A stretch of DNA of 59,138 nt, filler included, from Nitrospinae bacterium RIFCSPLOWO2_12_FULL_45_22 (GTDB lineage: Bacteria; 2-12-FULL-45-22): the NCBI GenBank assembly GCA_001803565.1. It is 6 parts of 6 records of this genome, joined end to end, with 100 filler letters (N's around TTAATTAATTAA, not from the genome) between each part and the next. Parts side by side here need not be neighbours in the genome. Positions count along the whole stretch, not along the records: positions 12,551 to 27,734 come from MHDQ01000256.1; positions 27,835 to 37,061 come from MHDQ01000257.1; 4 more parts are not named here. One strand, 5' to 3'. The notes beneath the pieces are model-generated. The model had not been told where the DNA came from and made no database searches. It saw only the letters and a program-made list of their open reading frames with translations. Below are positions 20,162 through 29,846 of the stretch, in pieces (the first letter of the stretch is position 1; every line of letters begins with the position of its first letter). The position numbers and the translations under genes are program-made.

Positions 20162-22377
20162 TGGCACAGACCAAAGAGCGCATAAGCAGTTTTACTAAAA
20201 CCGTCCGGGATGACACCCAGTATAGGTACCAAGAAAAGCTAGGCGAGATACTGTGCAGAGAGGGCCAGATTACCAAGGGCCAGTTGGATCAAGCCTTACA
20301 GTACCAGAAGAGGAACGGCGGTAGGATCGGCAGCATCCTGGTAAAACTTGGTTACATAGACGCTGGAACAATAGTTAATCTCCTGAGTAGAAAATACAAT
20401 TTTCCTGCCATAACCCTTTCTGGACGCCATATTGATGAAGCCCTCCCTAAACTTTTACCCTATAAAGTAGTCAAAGAATATCTGGCCTTCCCCATCAATC
20501 TTAATAACAATGTCCTCCTAGTTACTATGGTAGACCCCACTAACCCCAAGGCAATTGAAGCCCTCCAGCATTTTACCAAGCTATCTATTAAGACCGGAGT
20601 GTCTCTAGAATCGGAGATTGTAGATGCTTATAGGAAATACTACCAGATAAGCGAAGAAGAATACCGAGGGCTGATAGCCCGGGAAGAGGAGGAAGAGAAG
20701 GTAACCCTGGCCGAGGTAGAGGATTTTGGCTCTATAATAGCCGAAGCCACCGAAACCTTTACCCTGGAAGGTGAGGAAGTTGTCCAGGAGACTACCGATC
20801 AATATTCGGCCAGCGACGCCCCCATCATAAAACTGGTTAATGGGATCTTGATTAAGGGCATAAAAGAGGGAGTGAGCGATATTCATCTGGAGCCCTTTGA
20901 GAAGTCCCTATATGTCCGTTACCGGCTGGATGGTTCGCTCTATAAATCCTTAAACCTCCCTATTCAGATCAAGAGTGCCATTGTCTCCCGCCTAAAAATT
21001 ATGGCCAAACTCAATATCTCAGAACGAAGGATACCACAGGATGGCCGCATAAAGCTAAAACTGGGTAAGACTAAAGCGGTAGATTTTCGCGTCTCCGTGC
21101 TCCCTACCCTGTTTGGAGAGTCTATCGTCTTACGACTCCTGGATAAGTCTTCCCTTAACGTAGACCTGACCAGGCTGGGGTTTACTAAAGAGGGGCTGGA
21201 TAAGCTCTATCGGGCCATAAAGCGACCCTATGGTATGATCCTGGTAACTGGCCCTACTGGCAGTGGCAAGACTACTACCCTCTATTCTGCCCTCAACGTG
21301 ATCAATACGGTTGACCGAAAGATCCTTACCGCCGAAGACCCCGTGGAATATAATTTCCCTGGTATCTGCCAGGTGCATATTAGGGAAGAGATCGGGATGA
21401 CCTTTGCTAATGCCCTCCGGTCCTTTTTACGGCAAGACCCAGACGTCATCATGGTGGGCGAGATCCGCGATTTAGAGACGGCAGAAATAGCTATCAAGGC
21501 CGCCTTGACGGGTCACTTAGTCTTCAGCACCCTCCACACCAATGACTGCCCTTCCACTATCAGTCGGCTAATAGATATTGGCATCCCTAACTACATGATT
21601 GCCTCTGCGGTCTCTTTGATACTGGCCCAGAGGCTCCTCAGGAGAATCTGCGAAAAATGCAAAACACCCCTGGAGAAAGTCAGCTCGCGATTATTGGAAG
21701 AAGCAGGTTTTGACCGATCAGAATATTTGACCCTGAAGCTCTTTTATGGTAAAGGTTGTCCGGCTTGCGCTGGCACTGGTTATAAAGGAAGGGTAGCAGT
21801 TTATGAGATGATGGAGATGACTGAGGAGCTTAATCAAGCTATCCTGGCCAATGTCTCAGAATCACAATTGCGCAAGATTGCTATAAAGGAGGGTATGAAG
21901 ACCTTACGGCAAGAGGCATTACAAAAGACCCGGGAGGGGCTAACGACCCTGGATGAGATCTTGAAGAAGACCGTTAAGGAAAAGGAGATATTGCCCGGTT
22001 ATCTGATCAACCCAGATGAGAAGATATTTGAAGATGGGGACTTAATTATCAAGGAGGGCAACACCGATACCAACTTTTATAGGTTGATCCAGGGCAGGCT
22101 TATAATTACCAAGAATGATCGGCAGATAGGGGAAATTACTCAACCGGATGAGTATTTTGGTGAGATGAGTGCCCTACAAAATAAGCCCAGGACTTTCAGT
22201 GTCTTTTCCCGAGGAAAGAGCATCGTAAAGGCTTTCCCTGGTGACCAGCTTAGGAATACTATTACAGACTATCCAGAGATTGCAGCCAAGATTATTAATT
22301 CTCTCCTGGTACGCCTTGATGAGCTGCAGGATAAGATTGCTGACATAACCCATGAAAAACCTGCTTTGGAGCTATGA
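20161..22377 (+). CDS. pilB: Type IV pilus ATPase PilB with N-terminal MshEN and C-terminal cNMP-binding domain
   Basis: GPTGSGKTTT, AEDPVE, LRQDPDVIMVGEIRD, STLHTND; C-terminal FGEMSAL..KPRT. Confidence 0.92.
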   Translation: MAQTKERISSFTKTVRDDTQYRYQEKLGEILCREGQITKGQLDQALQYQKRNGGRIGSILVKLGYIDAGTIVNLLSRKYNFPAITLSGRHIDEALPKLLPYKVVKEYLAFPINLNNNVLLVTMVDPTNPKAIEALQHFTKLSIKTGVSLESEIVDAYRKYYQISEEEYRGLIAREEEEEKVTLAEVEDFGSIIAEATETFTLEGEEVVQETTDQYSASDAPIIKLVNGILIKGIKEGVSDIHLEPFEKSLYVRYRLDGSLYKSLNLPIQIKSAIVSRLKIMAKLNISERRIPQDGRIKLKLGKTKAVDFRVSVLPTLFGESIVLRLLDKSSLNVDLTRLGFTKEGLDKLYRAIKRPYGMILVTGPTGSGKTTTLYSALNVINTVDRKILTAEDPVEYNFPGICQVHIREEIGMTFANALRSFLRQDPDVIMVGEIRDLETAEIAIKAALTGHLVFSTLHTNDCPSTISRLIDIGIPNYMIASAVSLILAQRLLRRICEKCKTPLEKVSSRLLEEAGFDRSEYLTLKLFYGKGCPACAGTGYKGRVAVYEMMEMTEELNQAILANVSESQLRKIAIKEGMKTLRQEALQKTREGLTTLDEILKKTVKEKEILPGYLINPDEKIFEDGDLIIKEGNTDTNFYRLIQGRLIITKNDRQIGEITQPDEYFGEMSALQNKPRTFSVFSRGKSIVKAFPGDQLRNTITDYPEIAAKIINSLLVRLDELQDKIADITHEKPALEL

Positions 22378-23453
22378 AGAAGATGAGCTATTTGTTAAAA
22401 TTATTTAAGGATAGACCTATTATAGCCCTGGATATTGGTACTTACTCGATCAAGTTGGTCCAACTCCAGCGGCTAAAGCGGGAGTATAAGCTATTGAATT
22501 TTGGCATGATCCCATTACCCCCGGGGGTTATCACTGAGGAAAAAATTAATGAACCCGATACGGTAGTTGAGGCGATTAAGAATCTGGCTGCTAGTGAGAA
22601 GATAAAGACTAAGCATGTAGCCCTGGCAGTCTCTGGATCATCAGTAGTAATAAAGAAGATATCGGTGCCTGTCATGTCTGAAGCGGAACTAGCAGAAGCT
22701 ATCCAGGCCGAAGCAGAACAATATATCCCTTATGATATAGCGGATGTAAATCTAGATTTTTATATCTTGCCCCAGGAAGACCAAGAAACCAACCAGATGC
22801 CGGTGATATTTGTGGCTGTTAAGAGTGAAAAGATCCAGGAATATTCTGATATTATCCAGAGAGCAGGTCTTAATCCGGCCATTATAGATGTAGACGTATT
22901 TGCCATAGAAAATTCCTACGAACACAACTATGGTACCTACCCAGGAGTAATAGGATTAATTGATATTGGAGCCAATATTACCAACATTAACATCTTAGAA
23001 GATGGTATTACTTCCTTTACCAGAGATATCCCCTTTGGTGGTAATCGGTATAATCACGCTATAGCGGATCAATTAAAGGTTTCAGATGAGGATGCAGAAC
23101 GGCTAAAACTGGGGATAATGGTAAAGGGTATTTCTAGCAGCGAGGTTGTCCCTATTATGGTCTCGGTAACTCAGGATTTAGCCCTTATGATCAATGAATC
23201 GCTGGATTTTTTCCATTCCTCTGGCCCAGAAAAGGATATAAGCAAACTGGCCTTAAGTGGGGGGTGTACCAGGATTGATGGTATTGAGCAGTTATTAGCA
23301 GAGATTTTACATTGTCCGCTAGAGATCAGTAATCCGTTTAAAAATATTAAAGTGGATGAACGAGAATTTGATCCGGAATATATCAGGGATATGTCACCAT
23401 TGGCTGCGGTAAGCGTGGGTTTAGCCCTGCGTAGTCCCGTTGATAAACTTTGA
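22374..23453 (+). CDS. pilM: Type IV pilus assembly protein PilM
   Basis: ALDIGTYSIK, EAEQYIPYD, LIDIGA, LSGG, VGLALR. Confidence 0.92.
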   Translation: MKKMSYLLKLFKDRPIIALDIGTYSIKLVQLQRLKREYKLLNFGMIPLPPGVITEEKINEPDTVVEAIKNLAASEKIKTKHVALAVSGSSVVIKKISVPVMSEAELAEAIQAEAEQYIPYDIADVNLDFYILPQEDQETNQMPVIFVAVKSEKIQEYSDIIQRAGLNPAIIDVDVFAIENSYEHNYGTYPGVIGLIDIGANITNINILEDGITSFTRDIPFGGNRYNHAIADQLKVSDEDAERLKLGIMVKGISSSEVVPIMVSVTQDLALMINESLDFFHSSGPEKDISKLALSGGCTRIDGIEQLLAEILHCPLEISNPFKNIKVDEREFDPEYIRDMSPLAAVSVGLALRSPVDKL

Positions 23454-23464
23454 GGAGGAAAGGT

Positions 23465-24655
23465 ATGGAAAGAAAGGAAGCAGTTATTATCAGTGCAGCA
23501 CGGACCCCATTTGGCTCTTATGGTGGTAGCCTAAAAGATATCCATGTCACTGATTTAGGAAGTATAGTTATTAAAGAGACAGTAAGACGAGCAGGCATTT
23601 CTGGAGACTTGGTTGATTACGCCATTATGGGTATAGTGGTTCAGGCCGGAGGGGGCCAAGTAGCGGCCCGGACTGCAACTATCAAAGCCGGTTTACCGGT
23701 ATCGGTTGGTTCTGATACTCTGAATAAGGCCTGTGCCTCTGGCCTGAGGGCAGTAACCCTGGCGGAGCAGATGATCCGCTGTGGTGATGTAGATACCGTT
23801 ATTGCCGGGGGTATGGAAAACATGAGTCAGACACCTTATCTGGTTCGGGGGGCCAAATGGGGCTTGCGCATGGGCCATGGCCAGATAGAAGATTCCATGC
23901 TGGCAGATGGGCTCTTGTGCCCCCATGAGAATGTCCATATGATCATCCTGGGATCAAGGCTCGCCCAGCGAAATGGTATTAGTCGGGAAGATCAAGACCG
24001 CTGGGCCTTGAGGAGTCAGCAGCACACCAGCCAGGCCATTAAGGAGGGTAAGTTTAAAGAAGAGATCACACCCGTGCCAATACCCCAAAAGAAAGGTGAA
24101 CCCAAGCTATTTGAGGTAGATGAATTCCCGAGGTCCGATACTACTTTAGAAAAGCTGGCCCAATTACCACCCGCCTTTTCCAAGGATGGCAGTGTGACTG
24201 CCGGTAATGCCCCCGGCGTAAATGATGGGGCTGGGGCATTGCTTATAATGGCCAGAAACAAGGCCAAAGAATTGGGCCTTAAACCATTAGCTACCATAGT
24301 CTCCCATGCATGGGCCGCAGCCCCTACACCCGAATTAGATAGTGGTGTTTCTATTGCGATAAAAAAGCTCTTAGAAAAAAACAGACTCTCTCCTAATGAT
24401 ATCGCTTTATATGAGATCAATGAAGCCTTTGCGGCAGTGGCGTTGGCTGTTATCAAGAGAATAGGGCTAGAGGCTGACCGGGTAAATGTGAATGGTGGGG
24501 CTATTGCCCTGGGTCACCCCGTGGCGGCAACGGGCGCCCGCATCCTAATGACCCTGATATATGAGCTAAGGAGGCGAAAGAAAGAATTGGGATTAGCTGG
24601 AATTTGTAGCGGTCAATCCCAGGGTGACGCAGTTTTACTAAGGATCGAGGAATAA
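23465..24655 (+). CDS. Acetyl-CoA acetyltransferase (thiolase)
   Basis: NKACASG, GGMENMS, NEAFAA, NGGAIALGHP. Confidence 0.95.
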   Translation: MERKEAVIISAARTPFGSYGGSLKDIHVTDLGSIVIKETVRRAGISGDLVDYAIMGIVVQAGGGQVAARTATIKAGLPVSVGSDTLNKACASGLRAVTLAEQMIRCGDVDTVIAGGMENMSQTPYLVRGAKWGLRMGHGQIEDSMLADGLLCPHENVHMIILGSRLAQRNGISREDQDRWALRSQQHTSQAIKEGKFKEEITPVPIPQKKGEPKLFEVDEFPRSDTTLEKLAQLPPAFSKDGSVTAGNAPGVNDGAGALLIMARNKAKELGLKPLATIVSHAWAAAPTPELDSGVSIAIKKLLEKNRLSPNDIALYEINEAFAAVALAVIKRIGLEADRVNVNGGAIALGHPVAATGARILMTLIYELRRRKKELGLAGICSGQSQGDAVLLRIEE

Positions 24656-24915
24656 CCAGTATCAGTTAATTTGCCATTGTCAAATTGGATAAATCCTAAA
24701 AAGTATTTGTGCAATTCGTCCATTCGTGCCATTTGTGTTTAAGTCTTTAATCTTATGCTCCGTTTTAGATTTTGCTTACCACAACTTGGAAGGTTTGACC
24801 TGTCTGCTACAGGCAGGGAGGAAATTAATTTTCTCTCTACGTCAAAGGTGCGGAATATAGGTTTTAGGATTTGGATATTGTTTAGGATTTAGTGCTTAGT
24901 ATTTGTTCAATCTTC

Positions 24916-25278
24916 CTATTGCCCGGTTTGAGTGGTGGACTGGCGACGGGAAGTTGGCCCCACAAACTCTAACTTCTCTTGCCCGGTTAAGATAGCGGGG
25001 GTAATAATATAAGTACCACGGCAGGCGGGCTCTATTATACCCAGGGCTATCTCACTATTCCCCATGGTAACAGCATAAGCTAGACCCCCGATAGTAGCGC
25101 CAAAAGCGGAGTATACAATCTTTGCCGGAGAGTAAAATATAGAGAGGGCAAAGCTGCCTATTCCTAACCCCACCTCAGTAGCTACTCCTCGGTCTCTGGC
25201 TGGCGCAGCAAAAGCAATTCCAGAATGAACCAATAATAAAATTATGACCAATACTAAAGATACAATCCTACTCCTCAT
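24916..25278 (-). CDS. Exported/membrane hypothetical protein
   Basis: Signal peptide (AFA-A), GGAGG RBS. Confidence 0.7.
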   Translation of the reverse strand: MRSRIVSLVLVIILLLVHSGIAFAAPARDRGVATEVGLGIGSFALSIFYSPAKIVYSAFGATIGGLAYAVTMGNSEIALGIIEPACRGTYIITPAILTGQEKLEFVGPTSRRQSTTQTGQ

Positions 25279-25327
25279 CGCTCCACCTCCTCTAATTTTA
25301 TAACTGGTTAGTCAAAATTAGGTTTTT

Positions 25328-25461
25328 AGCCACGGATAGACACTGCAAAATTAGCAATTAGCATTTCAAAATTAATTCCTCCTTGTTAATTGCTAATTTT
25401 ACCTTGTTAATTTTGCAATGAAGGCAAGAATCAGTGTTTATCCGTGTTCACCCGTGGCTAA
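25328..25461. repeat. Nested palindromic element: AGCCACGG/CCGTGGCT outer arms, heptamer-rich inner inverted repeat
   Basis: Inner CACTGCAAAATTAGCAATTA also at 12421-12440; related outer elements at about 8008-8075 and 33192-33338. Confidence 0.7.
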
Positions 25462-25474
25462 ATCCCCATCACGG

Positions 25475-26848
25475 CTAAACATACTTTTTTATTAGGGTCT
25501 GGACTTTTTCTTTTATATGCTCAGGGACAGCAATCTTCTCATACCGATCTAATTCATTCAGTGGTTTAGTGGCATCAATGCCCATTTTAGCAGTATGGGT
25601 TATTAGTAGCGCTAAATCATCCGTCCGCTCTCCCCCACTAGTAGAAGGATCAATCATTACCCCGGGCATATCTTCCATAATGGTAATGTCGCAATTAGGT
25701 CGGCAGCGGGTAGCTACAGCCCAGGCTATCTCCCGAGGGTCATATATATCTACATCGGCATCAACCACTATGGCCAGCTTGACAAAAGGATTGACCGGAA
25801 AGAGATAGTGGAATATTTTCCTGGCATCCTCTTCTGAGTCCTTAGCTATTTGAATAAGCATGATCTCTCCCAATGCCTGCAAATGCATCCGCATAACATT
25901 GGGAAAAGCCGTTTGGATAACTTTTAAATTGTCCAACTCCCAGGAAAGGTCGAGTAATACCGTTTCTTCGCTGGAGAAAGGCATAAGGGCATGGTAGATA
26001 GGATCTTTTCGGTGGCTTATAAGCTTTATCTTGCCTACTGGGTTATCAAAACTGAAGTAATAACCGGTAGACTCTCCAAAAGGACCTTCCTTATCCCGTT
26101 TGTGGGGAATTATATATCCTTCTAAAACAAACTCAGCCCTGGCGGGTACTTCCAGGTCCACAGATTCTGCCTTTACCAATTCAATGGGACTCCCTTTTAA
26201 TCCCCCGGCAATATCAAACTTATCAATCCCTTGTGGCGCCCATATAACCGAGGCGAAGAAAGTTATAGGGTCCATACCTACTGCAACAGCTATCTCTAAC
26301 GGCCGGCCTTGCTCCTCTGCCCTTTTAAGAAAATGGGATAAAGGAGGTGTGGCCAAAAATATCCCTATAGTATCATCATCCTTAACTTGTATACGGTGTA
26401 ACCCCATACCCCGTATCCCGGTCTCAGGGTCTTTAGCCATAGTGACGGCCGAGGTAAAGTAAGGCCCGGCGTCTCTTTGGTGATGGGTTAATACCGGGAT
26501 AGTCTTTGATATGCTTATATCCTTATTTATAATCACCTCCTTTACCGGAGCATCAGCTACAAGCGTGGGTTTAGTAAGATTTTGTCTCCGCCGGAAATAC
26601 TCCTCTATCAATCCTTCTTCCTCAACCCCCAGGGCTAAGGCTAAGCGCTTTTTCTGGCCCAAGAGATTAGCTACTATGGGTATCGTATGGCCTTTAGGCC
26701 GAGAAAAATAAGCCGCCTTTCCCACTCTCTTATCTATTTCTCTAATCGCAGCGGGAATTTCAAAAGTAATCCCTAGTTCTTCCTCGATCTCTAACAGTTC
26801 CCCGGCCGCCTTTAGTTGACCCAAAAAACTCCTTAAGTCTTTAGCCAT
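25475..26848 (-). CDS. UbiD-family prFMN-dependent decarboxylase
   Basis: DLRSFL, DAGPY, EGPFGE, IVVDADVD, KMGIDATKP. Confidence 0.92.
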   Translation of the reverse strand: MAKDLRSFLGQLKAAGELLEIEEELGITFEIPAAIREIDKRVGKAAYFSRPKGHTIPIVANLLGQKKRLALALGVEEEGLIEEYFRRRQNLTKPTLVADAPVKEVIINKDISISKTIPVLTHHQRDAGPYFTSAVTMAKDPETGIRGMGLHRIQVKDDDTIGIFLATPPLSHFLKRAEEQGRPLEIAVAVGMDPITFFASVIWAPQGIDKFDIAGGLKGSPIELVKAESVDLEVPARAEFVLEGYIIPHKRDKEGPFGESTGYYFSFDNPVGKIKLISHRKDPIYHALMPFSSEETVLLDLSWELDNLKVIQTAFPNVMRMHLQALGEIMLIQIAKDSEEDARKIFHYLFPVNPFVKLAIVVDADVDIYDPREIAWAVATRCRPNCDITIMEDMPGVMIDPSTSGGERTDDLALLITHTAKMGIDATKPLNELDRYEKIAVPEHIKEKVQTLIKKYV

Positions 26849-26929
26849 GGTTTTCTTCCCCCTCTAGTGATCCTGTCCATTAATTGCCAAGATTATCTTG
26901 CAAATACATGCTGAACGATTACCGGTCTT

Positions 26930-27733
26930 TTACAGGAGCTCATGCTCCCTCATCTCCTGCAGCTTTCTCCGCAGGATATCTACCTTGTCTTTATAATCCT
27001 TAGTAACTTTTTCTGCCTCTTCCAGGGTTCGCACCACATGGGGTGTGATGAGGGCAATAAGTTCGGTTTGCTTCATGGAGCGGTTGGTACTACTGAAAAG
27101 GTTCCCCAGCAGTGGCAACCGGCCGAAGAAAGGTACTTCTTCCCGGCTCCGGCGCCTGGTATCTTCCATTAAGCCACCAATAAGAAGTGTCTGACCATCC
27201 TGTACCACCAACGAGGTAAGGGCTTTCCGCTGAAAGATGCTTATATCGCTCTGACCCTCTACTGTTCGTGGCTGGGCCTCACTCACTTCTATGTTTAACT
27301 CTAAGGTGACCAAGCCGGTAGAGTTAATATGGGGGGTAACTTTGAGGATCACCCCAGTATTACGGCGTTCGATAGTAGTCTGGACCGCCCCAGCCACGGT
27401 AACATCCCGGAACTCAGTCGTTACCAGGGGTACCTCGGCACCAATATCAATCGAAGCTTCTTTATTGTCTGAGGCAATGATCTTGGGGGTGGAAAGGATA
27501 TGTACTTTATTCTCGCTGGCCAGGGCATTTAAGGTAGCTATCACATCTCCTCGAACAACATTATAGGTAAGCCCTCCGGCTGGGATAGCCCTTTTCGCAA
27601 TATCTGCCGCTATTCCTCCAAATTCGGTTCCTACCGTGGTACTCTTCGTGGTAAAGAGGGCTTCTATACCAAACTGGGTAGACCTATCCAGCGACACTTC
27701 GGCTATTAGGGCCTCAATAACCACCTGACGGGG
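26930..27733 (-). CDS. gspD: Type II secretion secretin GspD, C-terminal part, truncated
   Basis: PRQVVIEALIAEV, LSTPKI, GVILKVTPHI, GQTLLIGGL, VPFFGRLPLLG. Confidence 0.85.
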   Translation of the reverse strand, partial: PRQVVIEALIAEVSLDRSTQFGIEALFTTKSTTVGTEFGGIAADIAKRAIPAGGLTYNVVRGDVIATLNALASENKVHILSTPKIIASDNKEASIDIGAEVPLVTTEFRDVTVAGAVQTTIERRNTGVILKVTPHINSTGLVTLELNIEVSEAQPRTVEGQSDISIFQRKALTSLVVQDGQTLLIGGLMEDTRRRSREEVPFFGRLPLLGNLFSSTNRSMKQTELIALITPHVVRTLEEAEKVTKDYKDKVDILRRKLQEMREHELL

Positions 27734-27835
27734 CNNNNNNNNNNNNNNNNNNNNNNNNNNNNNNNNNNNNNNNNNNNNTTAATTAATTAANNNNNNNNNN
27801 NNNNNNNNNNNNNNNNNNNNNNNNNNNNNNNNNNT

Positions 27836-28063
27836 ATATGCCTGATCAGGCAGGTAAAATTCTGGCAATTCTTATATCACTGGCCGAAGCTCTTTACTGG
27901 CACGATAGATAAGGTCGCCCTTCTAGAGACCTGCCGTACCCCTACCCTGGAAATCTCCCTGCCACCAAACACCCCCTACCAGCTCGATGGCGAAAGTTTT
28001 TCTGACACAAGTATCCTCTCTGTCTCTGTTTTACCCCGGGCCTTGAAGCTCTATGCCCCATAA
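27836..28063 (+). CDS. C-terminus of a YegS/diacylglycerol kinase-family lipid kinase, truncated and absent from the ORF track
   Basis: Manual translation ...LFTGTID...TPYQLDGE...VSVLPRALKLYAP*. Confidence 0.75.
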   Translation: MCLIRQVKFWQFLYHWPKLFTGTIDKVALLETCRTPTLEISLPPNTPYQLDGESFSDTSILSVSVLPRALKLYAP

Positions 28064-28138
28064 TTTGGTAACAGTTCCCACTGAAAAATGGGATGTCGAG
28101 CAAGCTCGACCACTACACCATTTCGTTATTAGGTTATT

Positions 28139-28294
28139 TGCATATGCACTTGTCTCCGGCAAATATCTTACAAAAACAACGTAACTTAGTAAAAATACTG
28201 CATTTACGAGAGGTAAACTGCAAATAACCATGTATGGAAAATTATCAATTATATCAATAAGATACAAATCCAACCGGAGTCAAGTGCATATGCA
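28139..28294. mobile_element. MITE, 156 bp
   Basis: Terminal IR TGCATATGCACTTGTCTCCGG / CCGGAGTCAAGTGCATATGCA, flanked by direct TATTAGGTTATT. Confidence 0.8.
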
Positions 28295-28414
28295 TATTAG
28301 GTTATTAGGTCATTCCGTAATTAATAACCTAATGACCTAATAACGAATCTTCTGTAAGATGTAGTGGCAGAGCTTGCTCTGCAAGGTTTTTTCAGTGGCA
28401 ACTAATTAATATTT

Positions 28415-29743
28415 TTATCCTTGCGAGAAGCGATAGAGGACCAAGCCGGTGAGGAGTTTGGGGTAGAAGAAGGTAGATTTTTGAGGCATCTTATGTCCAG
28501 CGAGGCAGACATTTTTTATATCCTGGAGCCTGGTGGGATTCAAAAAGAAGGCCCAGTGATATACTCCCTGGTCAACTAATGCGATGGCTTCCTGCATGTT
28601 ATGGGTAAAGCCAATATATTCCTGCTCTTTAAGGGTTTTTATGGACATCTGCAGGGTCATTTCCAGTAATATGGTTTGGAATATGGTTACATCAAGGGTC
28701 TTCCAGACCGCAGGTAAAGGTTCTTTTATTACCTTTTCAGGATCAATGGTATCTTTTAGCTGCAGTAGGTAATACTTCCCTTTGCCGATGTACATACCAA
28801 AGCCTGCCCGTCCCTTATCCAGACCCTCCAGCAAAGATAGTATCTCATCAGGATTTTTTTCGTTAAGCTCGATGGGCTGGATGGAGAAGTATTGCCGGGC
28901 CCGTTCTTCAAAGCCTGCCCAATCAAACCACCCATTTGGGCTCCTTAGCGCCCGGTGGATAGGTAAAACAGCGAGCCCTTGATCATCTAAATTAGAGAAG
29001 TACATCATGATATAGCCAGAAGGATCATCCTTGCCCGGGGATGTCCTGATCAATTGGGTCTCCCGGTGGTATTCTAAGGCAGATTCATAGCGATGGTGTC
29101 CATCGGCAATGATCAGTTGTTTTTCTGCCATTTCGTTAGAAATGATATTAATTAGCTCTGGTTCAGAGATAGCCCATAACGAATGCCCTATCTCGTTATG
29201 GTTAATTAATTGAATTACGGGATTCTCTCTTGCTCCATACTCTTCCAGTAAGGCATTGATTTTTTTGCCTGGATCGGAATATAAACCAAATATCGGACAG
29301 AGATTAGCCTTACAAGCCCTTAGCAGATTCAGTCGGTCTAGCTTTGGGGAAGCAAGGGTATTCTCGTGGGGGAGGATGATCCCTTTACCAAAGTCTTCTA
29401 ACCTGGTTAACCCAATAAACCCCCACCGGGTTTCCCGTTTTCCTTTCCAGGGATAAGTCTGTTTATAGGCATAGAAGGAGGGCAGAAGGTCGGGTGCCAA
29501 TATCACTTTCTGGAGCCAATCCTCAAAGTCCCTGGCAGCCCTCGTATAGCGGTTATCACTGGCAGTGTCAGTAGGATAAATCTTTCCTAAGATTAAACGT
29601 ATTATATTATATTCGTCTTTTTGATAATAACCCTCTTGTTCTTCAGGGGTGATTACGTCATAAGGGGGAGTCACCACCGGGTTGGGGGCTGGGACTTTCT
29701 CCTGATTATACTGGATTCCACGGAAAGGTCTTATAATAGCCAC
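28415..29743 (-). CDS. DUF1015 family protein
   Basis: PPYDVI, PHENT, IADGHHRY, MPQKSTFFYPK. Confidence 0.92.
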   Translation of the reverse strand: MAIIRPFRGIQYNQEKVPAPNPVVTPPYDVITPEEQEGYYQKDEYNIIRLILGKIYPTDTASDNRYTRAARDFEDWLQKVILAPDLLPSFYAYKQTYPWKGKRETRWGFIGLTRLEDFGKGIILPHENTLASPKLDRLNLLRACKANLCPIFGLYSDPGKKINALLEEYGARENPVIQLINHNEIGHSLWAISEPELINIISNEMAEKQLIIADGHHRYESALEYHRETQLIRTSPGKDDPSGYIMMYFSNLDDQGLAVLPIHRALRSPNGWFDWAGFEERARQYFSIQPIELNEKNPDEILSLLEGLDKGRAGFGMYIGKGKYYLLQLKDTIDPEKVIKEPLPAVWKTLDVTIFQTILLEMTLQMSIKTLKEQEYIGFTHNMQEAIALVDQGVYHWAFFLNPTRLQDIKNVCLAGHKMPQKSTFFYPKLLTGLVLYRFSQG

Positions 29744-29846
29744 GATACCACGCTACGTTAATATGTTATTGGGTTATTTTGTCATTAGGTTACTACGTAA
29801 TTACCTAATGACCCAAGGTCGCAATTACGTAATCTCTACCTAAAGG

